DNA from: Vicugna vicugna
Lineage: Eukaryota
DNA: 64,000 nucleotides
NCBI GenBank assembly: GCA_013265495.1
Contig: MU058531.1
Location: 1,486,911-1,550,910 of the forward strand
Direction: 5' to 3'
A program made the translations under genes and the position numbers. Shown here piece by piece: positions 13,313 to 26,229 of this stretch. Positions within the stretch are counted from its first letter, which is position 1. Every line of letters begins with the position of its first letter. The notes under the pieces are model-generated. The model searched no databases. It worked only from the letters and a program-made list of their open reading frames with translations, and had not been told where the DNA came from.

Positions 13313-13526
13313 TAGTTGACTCTTGAGCAACATGGCTTTGAACTGTACAGATACACTTATATGCTGATTTTTTTCAATGAACTTCAGTAAGTATGTACTA
13401 TAGCACTGCAGGATCCATGGTTGGTTGAATCTGTGGATACAGAGGGCCAACTATAACGTTACGTGTGGATTTGCGACCGCACTGGGGGTCAGTGCCCAAA
13501 CTCCTGCATTGTTGATGGGTCAGCTC
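13313..13526 (+). mobile_element. Tigger2-family MITE (TcMar)
   Basis: TA|tagttgactcttgagcaacatggctttgaactg…gatgggtcagctc|TA; homologous to 48821-49058 in opposite orientation. Confidence 0.8.
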
Positions 13527-13879
13527 TAGTCAGAAAGCTGCCAAACGACTAAAAACATCCAGTGTCACTGAAACATGTCCTGAAAGGCAACTTAGGGAAA
13601 GGGAGGAGGGGAAAGAAAAATTCTTTATGACATCTAAGGATAACTTTTAATGTCAAATACAGCCTAATTTATCTGTTGTGGGTGAAGTTGGAGGGAACTG
13701 GCAATAGACCCTTCGGTAAGTGCCCTTCTCTAAGGTAGGTTTCTCTGTTACATGATCCCAAGGTGAATGCAATTCAAAAAAATCTGTTTGTGTTTTGTTC
13801 ATGTTGAGTTAGTCTGGCATTTTGTAGTTTGGGGAAATTTTATGATCAATTACACTGAATGCTTTTTTATGCTTCACAG

Positions 13880-14018
13880 TGAGAGACCTACCACCAATTT
13901 GCCTTGATGTTAGACAGAAACAGCGCATCTCTGTAGATGTAGGATCATCCGAAACAAAGGCCCCAGTTCTTCCAGAACCTGTCCTTCCAGTTCAGCCCAA
14001 AACTATGAAAGACTTTCT
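13880..14018 (+). CDS. HECTD2: HECTD2 exon 3 (139 nt)
   Basis: ttcacag|TG AGA GAC CTA CCA…=(V)RDLPPICLDVRQKQRISVDVGSSETKAPVLPEPVLPVQPKTMKDF, ends CT|gtaagt. Confidence 0.93.
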
Positions 14019-14726
14019 GTAAGTTTGGCTCACTGTTATGTGTAGACATACAGTCACCCGCATGTCAGCACTTTACATAATTTAATGTGTTTTGGTGAGA
14101 AATTAATTGAACTTACAGCTTGTTATAAGGTATTAGCCAAGGCACAAAAGACTCAGGTATCTCAAGTTGAAGATGAAAACAAACATATAAGTAACAGGTA
14201 AAGGGGTAGATAATGTTGCAGCAAAAGAAACACTAAATAAGAGAAAATGAGTCAAAGCAAGCAAAAGGAGACAAAGGTGGTAATAAAATAATAGAATGCT
14301 TTCTTTTTAAAAACAATTTTTTTCCTCTACTGTTTGTCACAAAAACCATAAAAACTATGTCACTACTAAAAAAACCCAGATGGGTAACTTGAAGGACTAA
14401 GTGAGAATGAGAAAGTAGAGATAAAGTAAATAAAATCTGTCAAGAAATTTGACTGTAAAGTGAAGAAAAGAGTGATAGTTATAAGGAGGATGTTGAAAAT
14501 CGGCTTTTTAAAAAGCAAAAAATGGGTAAGTTGAAACTGGATTAATATCTTACTCCAATTAGGAATTATAAATTTATAAACTATTTACATTAACTGGAAC
14601 ATATTTCTGTATTCAGCTTTGTTATGTCAAGTTGCAAGTTTGGTGACATTTCTTTGTAAAGAATTAATGCTATTTTATATGAATAATATTTTTATTAATT
14701 ATGTCTAATAAATGTTTTTATTTTAG

Positions 14727-14829
14727 GGAAGATGTAGAAAAAGTTAAGTCATCAGGAGATTGGAAAACAGTACATGATTTTTATCTCACAACATTTGATT
14801 CTTTCCCAGAACTAAATGGTGCATTTAAG
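14727..14829 (+). CDS. HECTD2: HECTD2 exon 4 (103 nt)
   Basis: ttttag|G GAA GAT…EDVEKVKSSGDWKTVHDFYLTTFDSFPELNGAFK|gtaata. Confidence 0.95.
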
Positions 14830-14866
14830 GTAATAATACATAAAACACATTTTTCACTTTTAGTTG

Positions 14867-15466
14867 TTTTTTTTTTTAACATTTTTTATTGAGTTATAGT
14901 CATTTTGCAATGTTGTGTCAAATTCCAGTGTAGAGCACAAATTTTTCAGTTACACATGAATATACATATATTCATTGTCACATTTTTTTTCTCTGTGAAC
15001 TACCACAAGATCTTGTATATATTTCCCTGTGCTGTGCAGTATAATCTTGTTTATCTATTCTGCATATGCCTGTCAGTATCTACAAGTTTGGAAATCCCAG
15101 TCTGTCCCTTCCCACCCTCCTTCCCCTTGGCAACCACAAGTTTGTATTCTGTCTATGAGTCTGTTTCTGTTTTGTATTTATGTTCTTTTTTGTTGTTGTT
15201 GTTTTTAGATTCCTCATGTGAGCAATCTCATATGGTATTTTGCTTTCTCTTTCTGGCTTACTTCACTTAGAATGACATTCTCCAGGAATATCCATGTTGC
15301 TGCAAGTGGCGTTATGTTGTCGTTTTTATGGCTGAATAGTATTCCATTGTGTAAATATACCACAGCTTCTTTATCCAGTCATCTGTTGATGGACTTTTAG
15401 GCTGTCTCCATGTCTTGGCTATTGTAAATAGTGCTGCTATGAACATTGGGGTGCAGGTGTCATTTT
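14867..15466 (-). mobile_element. Relatively young L1 3' end, 5'-truncated, antisense to HECTD2
   Basis: Poly-T start, then well-preserved ttctggcttacttcacttagaatgacattctccagg…gctgctatgaacattggggtgcaggtgtc. Confidence 0.9.
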
Positions 15467-15842
15467 AAATTTTCCAAAAAGAGATACATAAGTTTACTTC
15501 TTTTTATAACAAGTGTGGGCTAAAGCACCTATTTAAGCAACATAAATATGTATTAATTCTGAAATTACATGTATCACAAGTAAATATTACTTAAGTGATA
15601 TCTTGGATTGTTTTTATTTGTACTGATGTTAATGTTTGACTCCATTCTTTCAGTTTTAAAAAAGTTATTAAAATAATCCTTATATATTTATTTTTATTTT
15701 TAGCAGTTTTGCCCTAACAGTTGTTGTTTTAATCATTATACTAAAATTATTAGAAGTTATGTAGGAATCATTATGGTTCAGATGTTACTTAGACTACTTC
15801 ATAAAATGGTATGTACACATAATTTCTTAATTGAATTTGCAG

Positions 15843-15932
15843 AAAGATGCCTCCGCCTCATTTAATACTATTGAAGACTCTGGGATTAATGCTAAATTTG
15901 TGAATGCTGTATATGATGCCTTACTTAATACT
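15843..15932 (+). CDS. HECTD2: HECTD2 exon 5 (90 nt)
   Basis: tttgcag|KDASASFNTIEDSGINAKFVNAVYDALLNT|gtaagt. Confidence 0.95.
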
Positions 15933-15970
15933 GTAAGTATTGTTTATGAACACATGCAAATAGTGTAATT

Positions 15971-16130
15971 CTTTGATTCTGCTGTATTTTAAAAATAGCC
16001 ACATAAATATTGTAAAAGTCATCTTGTAACATAATTACATTAGAAACTCTCTTTGATTCTGCTGTATTTTAAAAATAGCCACATAAATATTGTAAAAGTC
16101 ATCTTGTAACATAATTACATTAGAAACTCT
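15971..16130. repeat. Perfect 80-bp tandem duplication
   Basis: 15971-16050 is identical to 16051-16130 (ctttgattctgctgtattt…tagaaactct). Confidence 0.97.
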
Positions 16131-16325
16131 GACATAATTTTATGGTAAATTTAGTTGGAGTTCTCAGAAGGTTAGATTTCTAACTAAATAAGAATTCAGC
16201 AGAAAATACTTTCATGTCCAGTCCTTGTTTAGAAAGACTTGCTAAAATAAAAATCATATTTTACTGACTCAGCAAAAGGAGATAGGTTACTCGATTGTGT
16301 TGGAATTAACACTGAATCTATAGAC

Positions 16326-16478
16326 CAGTGGTTCTCAAATTTTAGCATGTATCAGAATTGCAGAAAGTCTTCTTAATATACAGAGTTTCAGATTCAGCAG
16401 GTTTAGGATGAAAGTCTAACAGGTTCCAGGATATGTTGATCTTCCTGACCCAGGGACCAGGTTTTGAGAACCTCACTG
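16326..16478. mobile_element. MER5-like hAT MITE within an old L1 fragment
   Basis: cagtggttctcaaattttagcatgtatcagaatt…gggaccaggttttgagaacctcactg. Confidence 0.7.
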
Positions 16479-17799
16479 CTACAGATCACTTTATGAAGAT
16501 TTGACACCATTTCCATCTATGAGCGTGGTATATCCCTTTAAGATTCATTACTTAAATTTTTAGTTTCTCTTAGTCATGTTTTATAGTTTTCTGGGTAAAG
16601 GTCTAACACATTTCTTGTTTTATTTATTTCTAGGAACTTGATTTTTTTTAATGCTATTATAATTTCACTTTCTAATTGTTATTAGTATATAAAAATACTT
16701 TCATATATTTATTGTTATCTAATTACCTTGCTAAATTCACTCATTAATTCTAATATATCAGTTTATTTATTTGGATTTTCTCTGTACTCATGTCGTTTGT
16801 GAAAAGCAAGAGTTTTGTCTCTTTCCAATCCTTTGTGTCTTGTATGTGTATATGGATGGATGTACGTATTTGCCTTATTACACTGGCTAACACTTTTTGT
16901 ATAATTTCAAATAAGAGAAGTAATAGCAAACATACTTGTCTTATTCCTAATCTCAGCACTTCATTTTTAAGTACATGGAAGGGTACGTAACTAACATTTG
17001 TTATCATTGTTAACATTGCACATTTCAAAATTAATTTTAAAAAAAAGTTTAAAACCTTGCCCAGAATTGGCAATATTGTAGAGCAATTGGAACTTTTCTA
17101 CCCTGATAAAGTATAACTAGTTCAACCACTTAGGAAAACTGCCTGGTATTATTACTAGCACTAAGCATATGCATACACTGTGACCCCAAGTTCCACTCTG
17201 AGGGACGTTTCTCTGACCTCTTTTAACTTGGGATGATGTTAATATTCTATAGACACCAAAAAAATTAAATCTACAACATGAGGAAAAACTCTTAAAAATG
17301 GAATAGAAACAAGAAAAAAACTACATTTCAAATGAATACCATAACCATACTGGAGGAAAAAAAACCTAAGCCAAGTAACTTTTATACACTGTGCTTTATA
17401 TATCTTCAATTGAAAGATCGAAAAAAAAAAGAGTTCTTTGTACTTTACTGACAACACTGCTAAACCTGGATTTATTCAAAAAGAAAGTTTTGAAAAATAG
17501 TTGAGACTGGAGAGAGCAGTAAGAAATCACTGTACTGGCATCACACTGAAACTTGGAGTTTAAGCTTTGTCTCAGCAGCAAGTTGAGGTAGTTGAATAAG
17601 CGATCCAGGATAAACCAGAGACTCTGAAAGGGTGGGTGCCAAAGTAGTCCCAAGTCCAAAGAGTGTCTTTTCCCCACTGTCCTCACCATTTTGCCCCCCT
17701 GCCCACCAGCTTCTAGAAGAAAAATTAAAATCCTCACTTTTAGGGTCCTAGGATTCCCACAGAATATAATAAACTAAATATGAAGGATAAGCATTTAGA

Positions 17800-18355
17800 T
17801 GAAAAATTAACTAAATGAGAGTCAGAAAAAATAACACAGATTTTGATCCCCTGAGAATTCAGATACTGAGACTATCAACAGACTATCTAAAATAATTAGA
17901 TTTGACACCAGATGGAATTTTTAGAAGTAGAAAAATCAGTAGATGCATTAAATAGCAGATTAGAGACAGCTGTGAAGTGAATTAGAGGAGAAAAAAATGT
18001 CTCAGCATAGACACAGGGAAAAAGAAAGAAGTGTGAAGAAAGTAAAGATAACAGGATACATTTCATTTGGAGTCTCAGATACAGAGGATAGAAAGAATGA
18101 AGGTATGTTTAATGGCTGAGGGTTTTGCAGAACTGACACAAGATGTGAATCCACAAATAACATAGGAAACACAATATATACCAGGCAAGTTAAAAGAAAT
18201 GTAAACCTAGACACATTGAGGTGAAACTGTGTAACATCTAAATAAAGAGAAGATCTTACAAATAACCACAGAGAAAAGACAGATCATCCACAAAGGAACA
18301 GTAGTTAACTGTCCACAGACATCTTCCCAGCAGTAGTGGGAGCCAGAAAACATGC
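17800..18355 (+). mobile_element. Old L1 ORF1-region fragment
   Basis: agatgcattaaatagcagattagagacagctg…cctagacacattgaggtgaaactg…aaagagaagatctt. Confidence 0.65.
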
Positions 18356-19350
18356 TGAGCATCCTTTTGAGATTTGTGTCATAAACTCATTGTGTCCAGT
18401 CAGCACATTTGTCTGATTTTTCTTCTGCAGCTGTCCACTGTTCAGGGGTGGTGGTGGCCTTCTGGGTGTGAAGGGTCACTCCAAGCAGAGGAGAGGAAAG
18501 GAATGACATATTTAGTATGTGTATAAAGTAAAATACTAGGCTGAATGAGTGTGAACAGACAGTGCAGAATGTCTTAAAAGTGATTGTCATTCTTTAAAAT
18601 AAATCCATGATAGATACTTGTTTTCCTGACATATGCATATTTCATATAACAACATGACACAGAGAAAGTGTAATGACTATTTATTTGAAGCTTCTAAATT
18701 AATGAATGTTTTAGTCATATTTCTCATACTAAAGCACCATCTAGATGTGTCTTATTTTTACTCATTCTTTTGTGACACATTTGGTAGTAAATAAGATATT
18801 TTTAGTATTTGAATTATTAAACTATAAAGGAATATTATGTAGTGCTTTTTTCAAATCCTGTAACATTTTTATCTTGTTACCTTATTTTTTCTTGAATATA
18901 ATTTGGTTGTGCTTAATAATGAATTGTGGGTTTAACTGCTAATTATAACTTGGTATTGGTAGGGTGAAATATGTCCAAAATTTATGCAATCATTTTATAT
19001 TGTTAAACATGCTACTCTTGGACTTATGTTCATGGTTTTATCCTGTGAATCCAGAGAAAGGGAGATTGCTTTTCTGTTTTTCACTGCCATATAAAACTGA
19101 TGTTGGTCATTAAAGGGGCACCATATGTTTGTGCAGGTTGTGCAGTGCACATCCCAGGGAGCGTTCTTGAGATCTGTGTCATTGGTGCTCACTCAGGCTC
19201 TCAGATATGAAATTGAGACCACTGTAAATGGCAGTCCTCAGTCATCAACTCTGATTTTAACTGTTGAAACAAATCTGTAAATATAATAAACATATAAAAG
19301 TCACCTAAGTGGCTAATCCTAACTATGTCTTGATTCTCTTTTGCCTACAG

Positions 19351-19415
19351 CCTCAAGACATTCAGAAGACAGTATTAAAGGGAATCATTAACAGCCTGTT
19401 ACGAGAATGGAAAGG
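19351..19415 (+). CDS. HECTD2: HECTD2 exon 6 (65 nt)
   Basis: cctacag|PQDIQKTVLKGIINSLLREWK GG|gtaatt. Confidence 0.95.
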
Positions 19416-20611
19416 GTAATTTGAACTAATATTTGGCTAATTAATTAGTTCAGGTGGTTAACTTATACACCTCATGCATCTCTAATATATATGTATGTAT
19501 TTTACTCTCAGAAAAGATTTTAGTTTCTATAATAAAAACAGATCAGAAGAAATTATAAACCATATGTAACAAAGCTTTTTACCTCAAGATTTATGACTTC
19601 TCAGGAGGGTTCGCAGGTGAGCTTCAGGGATCTGTGAATTCTTTAAAATTGTATATAAAATTTGTTGGGTACAGATAGACATGTGTTTGACAAAACTAGG
19701 ATGGGTAGTTACATCAGTAACCTAGAATGAAATAATTTGGGCACTACATTTAGCCTTGGGTTTTCTGGTAGCCAGAGCAAAATTTTCTTATTTCTCAATA
19801 TAAGGAAAAGTAAGCTTAGCTACTGAAATGTTTTTTTCTTGGCACTGAATATTGAATTGTTAGGAATGATGGACAATATAATTAATAATGTTTTGAATTG
19901 TGAATATGCAGAACACAAAAATATACTTTTAAAATTACATATTATTTTAATTTATATTACTTAATAACATTATATTTTAAATAATAGCTTCTACTAAAGC
20001 CAAAGGAATACCATTAAATTATAATTTAAATGTTTGTATTAAACCCAAGTTAAAAATAATACCAAACTAGAATTCTTAAATATGTTAAGTGTACTCTATA
20101 TATTTTAATAACATTGTTCCAATTCTCAAAGAAATTCATAGTTACTATAAAAAAATTAGAAAAGGCAGAATAGTATTAAAAAAGTAAAAGTCAACATTTT
20201 ACAGTTTTTTCTAGTCAGCTTTTTAAAAACAATTGAAGTCATACTATATTTTTCATGTGATTTTTAACTTTAACAGTATTTTCCTAGTTTATCATTCTAG
20301 TAATACATTTGCATTTTCTTTGAATTTTACGTTTCTGGTTGAATACAAATGCCTCACTGAAAATGAAAAAAAGTTGGAATGTAAAGAGAATGCTTAGGAG
20401 GAAAGAAGTCCAGTGGTCTGATGGCACTGCAGGGACCTCAGTCCCCCTCTAAGCACACTTGCACAGCTGCCTAACCCCTGCTCCTCAACTGTGTGCCCAA
20501 GACAGAGTGAAATGGTAATCTGATGGGACTTACTTGTCAAAGGAACATGTGGTCTTGACCCTAAAAATCTTGGTTTATTTTGGGTTTATGGTGGTAACAA
20601 CAAGATCTAAA

Positions 20612-20840
20612 GTTGATTGACTATTTACTATGGGCTAGGCACCTTTCTAAATTTTACATGTAGTTCTCATTGAATCTTCACTGCAATCCTGTGAAATAGG
20701 GAATATGATTATTTTCATTTCAAAGTTGAGGAAACTAATTCACAGAGAAGTAAATTGCCCAAGTTAACACAGTAAGTGCCTGAGTCAGAATTAGAACCCA
20801 GGCAGTCTGGCAAGAAAGGGCCTGAGATCTTAACCACAAT
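20612..20840 (-). mobile_element. MIR
   Basis: ttactatgggctaggcacc…aagttgaggaaact…gcccaagttaacacagtaagtgcctgagtcagaattagaacccaggcagtctgg. Confidence 0.8.
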
Positions 20841-21761
20841 TTCTGTACCCAGAACTGTATACTGTACTAAAATACCGGTGCATAGGACAGGAAAATGGAA
20901 ATTTCCATGGTATAGCTATAAGATGGAAAAAAATTGGACTCTTCTACCATCAGGAATTTTCATATTTAGGAATTGCCTTGAGCTTTTAAAAAATCTTTTC
21001 AAACATAGCTTCTAAAGCAAAACAGTAGTCCTGTTGAGAAAATAATCTGACAATTATGTAGAATATTATAGAAAGAAATAGTTTAGATTTGATTTAAATC
21101 TAAATAATTTAAATCATTACTCAGTTGAGATAATTCTTCCACAGAGAAATATTACTACTAATTTGAAAATTATATATACATATATATGCATATGAATTTC
21201 GAATTTTAATACACGTTACTTATATTTATATTTCAGATGATATGGCTTTACATTCTGTAAAGGTCATCTAGTACATTTTGGGCAATGACTTATGTTTTCA
21301 GATTTTGTAACTATAACAGAAAAGTAAATAATCACTTGGTCATTTTATTTTCTTAAGGGAAATTCAAGGAAATAGTTGGTGGTGAACCATTTTTCTCCAA
21401 TATTTAATTTTATAGGATTTCAAGCTACAGATCAGTTAAAGGAGACAATGAAAACTCATTCACCCTTCACCTAGATTCACCATTTATTACCTTTTTACCA
21501 CATTTGCCTTTGCTTTCTCTCCCTCCTAGTTAACTTAGTTTTTAGGTTTCTTCAGAACCAGTCTAGAGTAAGTACAGAGGAACCTATATTCCCAACATAA
21601 TGTGGATATGTTACTGTCTTAATAATAATACATATTAACCTAAGCCTGGTTTTTGGCTTTTATCATATAAGTTCTCACAGAAACATTTATTGATCATTTT
21701 TTATTAGGTATTCTAAGATTAAACATTCATCTGTAATCAGTTACACTTATTTCTTTTTCAG

Positions 21762-21807
21762 ACCACGAACAAAAGATGATCTTAGAGCATATTTTATACT
21801 TTTACAG
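21762..21807 (+). CDS. HECTD2: HECTD2 exon 7 (46 nt)
   Basis: tttttcag|A PRTKDDLRAYFILLQ|gtaaga. Confidence 0.95.
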
Positions 21808-23149
21808 GTAAGAAAGCAAGAACTTGGTTGAACTAAGTTGTATAATTCATATCTCAGTCTATGCAATTGTAAGTGAACTTATGTCAAATACTAGGTATTA
21901 TTTTTAACAACATTTTTGATACTTTTTAAATTATAATTACTTATAACCAGAGAATTAAAACTAGAACAGATAAACAGTGGGAGGCTAAATTATCTCTCGG
22001 ATTAATATTTTAATTTAGTTCTTGCGTTCTTCCTGTGAGATTCAGGAACAGAGTCAAAGAACTTCCTCCATCAATAAGTTTCCTTTCTTATAACTAGTTT
22101 TTTAAGGGGCTCCAAAATTTTCTTTTATTTCCCAGTTAGTGGTTTCTAACTTTTCTGTGTATTTTCAATAAATGTTTAAGATAGAGTCCTAATGGAAAAA
22201 ATCAAAGTGGTTGTTTTTATTTGCTAAAGCAAAGATGATGAACTTTTTCCTCTTAAATGATAGTCATTGACATGAAAAAATAAGGTCCAGACAAATGAAA
22301 AGCAATTTCAGTGTTTTGGAAAGGAAATGTGTTATTCCCATAGCTAGCATACTATGACTGTATTATTCTTTACAATTTACAAAAGGTGTTCATGCAGATT
22401 ATTATCTCATTTTTAAAGATTAAAAAAATTACATTAAGATATGGCACTTAGCTCAATATTATGGTCAATAAAAAGAAATACGCAAGCTAGGGATAGAAGG
22501 AGGTGAGAGGAAAAAAGAAAACGTGGAAAAAGGGGAAAAATAGGTAAGAGATAGTTAAGAGATACAAGGAGAAGTAAAGAGGTAAGAAGGGAAAAACAAA
22601 ACTAGAAAAAAGAAGAAATATATATAGAGATGGTAAAAGCTAGAAAGTGACAACATGAAGCTTGGATTTTTAAGTGAGTACGTTAGTCAGCAGTAGCTCT
22701 GCTCATGACATCTTGTTCTTTGAGCTATCGTTTGGTGAGGTTTTCAGCTGGGGTCACTCCCTAATTTTGAACTTAACTGCCAGTCAGTCAGTTTTGAAAA
22801 ATACACGCTGCTCTTTTATTTTTCACAATTTCATTTTATCTTTCAATAATATTCATTTTTCCCATGGAGTTCTGAAATGTACATGGTGATGGAGTTTTAG
22901 ATTTGGGGACTATAACTCGAGGTTTTGCTTACTTTACAAGCTCTCCTTTAACATTTAAAAGTTCTTAGAAGCTATTATGTGGTTCTCCCCTTTTTCTTTG
23001 TGAGATATATGCAAATAACTCATTTCACAATGGCAGGTTTTTCATAGCCAGCTTTTATTTCATTTTTTCTAGCATTCTCTCCACCCTAACCCATTTGTAA
23101 TCAAGGAAGAACCAGGTTTTTGTTTAATTGGGTAGGAGTGATTGCCACC

Positions 23150-23365
23150 ATTTGTACCAGGCACTAAGCTAAGTGCTTGACCTACATTTTTTTTTAATAC
23201 TCAAAACAACCTCTAAGATATTATTATTCCCATTTTACAGATGAGGAAATTGAGAATCAAAGTTTAAGGAACATCCCGAAGAGTGTATAGCTAGTAAGTG
23301 ACAGAATTAGCACTGAGATCCAGATCTGTATCAATTCCAAAGCCCGTGCTCTTTCCACTGTACCA
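23150..23365 (-). mobile_element. MIR
   Basis: tgtaccaggcactaagctaagtgctt…cccattttacagatgaggaaattgag…gctagtaagtgacaga. Confidence 0.85.
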
Positions 23366-23550
23366 CAGTGGGAATCCAAGCCTCTGTTAGAGAGTTAAAC
23401 AAATAGATTAGTGTTTTAAAGGATTGCACCTACTGTTTTATAATCTCAAGTTTAGTTTTCTGCATTTGCCACTTAGCTCATTAAGCCTAGTATCTTTCCT
23501 TTTACATGTTGACAGAATTTTAACACAATTATCTTTAATATCTTTTTCAG

Positions 23551-23660
23551 AATCCTCAATTTAATAACACATCTACGTATGTCATCTATGCTCACTTGCT
23601 CCGACAGATAGCTACCTTAGTGGAAGCTGACCATCATTTCCTAGTTCACTGGTTTAAAAA
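23551..23660 (+). CDS. HECTD2: HECTD2 exon 8 (110 nt)
   Basis: tttttcag|NPQFNNTSTYVIYAHLLRQIATLVEADHHFLVHWFK AA|gtaaat. Confidence 0.95.
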
Positions 23661-23739
23661 GTAAATTATTCTATGATATTAAGAATTTTTATAATCTTAC
23701 AGTTTTAAGTTTATTAGTAGTTTTATAATAAAATATATT

Positions 23740-23815
23740 AAATGTTTTCAGGTCTTTAGAAATGATACTTACAATTCAAATGTTTTCAGGTCTTTAGAAA
23801 TGATACTTATAATTC
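23740..23815. repeat. 38-bp tandem duplication (1 mismatch)
   Basis: aaatgttttcaggtctttagaaatgatactta(c/t)aattc at 23740-23777 and 23778-23815. Confidence 0.95.
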
Positions 23816-24213
23816 ACAATTATAAGCATACTTTTTAGTACTACATAGAGGATACATTAAAAATCTGTTTTTAATATAAGTAACCATTCTACTTGTGCCA
23901 GCTGGTGTTGAGATTTCTGTCCATTGCTTTTGCATTTTATGCAGCATATTCCTATCATTGGTTTTTCATATATCTCAAAGGTGGTGATTGGATTTGCTTA
24001 GACATTACTGTTTTAATTTGTGTCTTTTTATTTCACCATTATTTACATAATGCCTTATCTTCCCTAAAAGTGTCATTATAAAATATGTTAGCCATTAATA
24101 TCAACTTTAAACAGTATAACACTTTTTCACAGAACTATACTTACATTAACAACATTTTCCCTATGATTGATAAAAGTTTAAGAAGCAAAATATTTTCAGA
24201 AATACTTTATATT

Positions 24214-24842
24214 CAGCTAATTCCCATTATTCACAATAGTTGTGTTCTGTAAAGCTACTGTGAACACTGAATTGGTGAATCCTGAACCATTGCTTCCACA
24301 AGAAATGCAGTGTTAGGTTCCTGCGAGCCTTTGGTCATGACATTTTCATCAACCAATCAGTACATAACCTTGCTTTATCTATATTTCTATTTAAAGACAC
24401 CTTATTTGATATTAAATTGTTGTTGATTAACATTGAACTCATGCCTGAGTGAATTTTATATGGCATAGGTACCATCTCCATAAGGCACATCACAGCTTTC
24501 TTGTACTTAGGAACACTAGACAGAACTTTATCACTGTATTTAGGGGCCATTTTAAAACAGCAGAATCACAAACATAAAGCATAAAAGTGTGAAAAACATG
24601 ACACTGAATAGACTGCATAAAGAATGCTTGTTTGCAGTATGCGAGCTGAAGCAGGAAGGCAGAGCATCGCCTTGTTCAGCCTCAGCATCAGCACTGTTGA
24701 CAACTCACATTTTCTGCCACTCTTGCCACAGCCGTGAATTGACCAGGAAAGCACCACAGCTATTGATGTGGGGATTAGAATTAAATTGTAGCAAGAGGGT
24801 GAATTTGCAAATACAGAGTCTATGACTAATGAGAATTGACTG
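24214..24842 (-). mobile_element. MER82-like TcMar-Tigger element
   Basis: Termini cagctaattcccattattc…taatgagaattgactg; ORF 24335-24550 (MAPKYSDKVLSSVPKYKKAVMCL…) resembles a transposase N-terminal remnant. Confidence 0.85.
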
Positions 24843-25087
24843 AATATTGAAAGCCTTAAAAGTGAAATGTTTAATGCTAACTTTATGGTCATTTTAGTGT
24901 TTAATTTCATATTAAATAATATTCGAGGTAAGATTTTGCATCTTTTCAAATTTTTGGCAACTTAATAGAATTTGGGGCACTATTCTAAAATTGTATGCAT
25001 CAAGGATGAACTTTGATATCTAACAAATATATTGCCAAAATAGCAAATGTGAATTTTGATTGGAGTTATTTCAAAAATCTTTACCAG

Positions 25088-25236
25088 ATTATCCCAGAAG
25101 AGGTTCAAACAATTGGTAGAGAGATTGCTCCAGTTTATCTCTTTGCGCCTGTTTCCTGCAAAGCCTGAAGAATTTCCACCTATATCAAAGTGTTCCTGGT
25201 GGATCCCCTCAGCATCTAAAGTGTTGGCTTTACTTA
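25088..25236 (+). CDS. HECTD2: HECTD2 exon 9 (149 nt)
   Basis: ttaccag|A LSQKRFKQLVERLLQFISLRLFPAKPEEFPPISKCSWWIPSASKVLALL A|gtaggt. Confidence 0.95.
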
Positions 25237-25807
25237 GTAGGTTTTATTATTCCATCATCTTTACTTTTCTTTGTTAAATATAGGAGTATTTCCATAAGGA
25301 TCTCAAAATTCTGTAGTTGCATTCTTACATCTTTAACCATTCCTTTGAAGAGAAGAGTTGTAGTAATTTGTTTTCTGTTTTGCTAATGGATTTCACAAGT
25401 CATGTATAAGAATGGAAACGCTTTATGCATTTTATTGGGCAGTATTCTGTGTTATGACTGTCACCTGCTTATGACCTGCTAAGTAGTGATTTCTAGGAAT
25501 ACTGAAACTTCCATTAATTCCTGATGACTCCTCAGAAAGAACACTGATGGGGGACTAGTATGGGTAGCTTGCCATCTGCACACTCCCTTTGCTATACTAA
25601 TGTAATCCCTACCAAAAGTTTTTTTTAAAAAGCAAGAAATTGTTGGCTGCCTTTTGACCAGTTTTAAAACTGCCTTTTTAATTCAGAGCTACAATCGCTA
25701 GAAATAGGAATTTCTAGATAAAAGCTATCTGGTAGACTTTAAAATGTTCTTATTAGAATGAATCATGCACATGGAAAAGATCATTATGTTAGAATTTATC
25801 TTTGCAG

Positions 25808-25931
25808 ATTCTGCAAACAGTCTGGTTCACCCTCCCCTTATTCCTTACACTGATTTCTATAATTCCACCCTGGATCACATTGATCTCATGGAAGAATACC
25901 ACACCTGGCAGAGCTTTGGAAACTCTCACAG
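25808..25931 (+). CDS. HECTD2: HECTD2 exon 10 (124 nt)
   Basis: tttgcag|AT SANSLVHPPLIPYTDFYNSTLDHIDLMEEYHTWQSFGNSH AG|gtatgg. Confidence 0.95.
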
Positions 25932-26229
25932 GTATGGTCAAAAGCTCATTTGATTACTCACAAAATAAAATACTATACAAAGTAATGACTGGCTTTTAAG
26001 TTTGTGTAAATAAATTTAAATATACACATATCTTTACATATAAACTTGTAGTGTAGATATCTAGCCTTGAAATACTATATTTCTTAAAGCTTTTTCTGTG
26101 ATATTTTGAATTTATATATATATGTTAATATGGTTTGGATTTGATTAATAACATCTTTTTAAGAAAGAAAATTTCTGTCTTAGTATGCAGTTTCTTGTAT
26201 CTTCTTATTCTGTGTGCTGTCATCCAGCA

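Noticed and set aside
1..13879. HECTD2 exons 1-2 and promoter CpG island
   Set aside because: No CpG island and no sequence encoding the recalled N-terminus; this stretch is read as intron 2.
24335..24550. Transposase gene
   Set aside because: Only a short decayed N-terminal remnant inside a non-autonomous MER82-like element.
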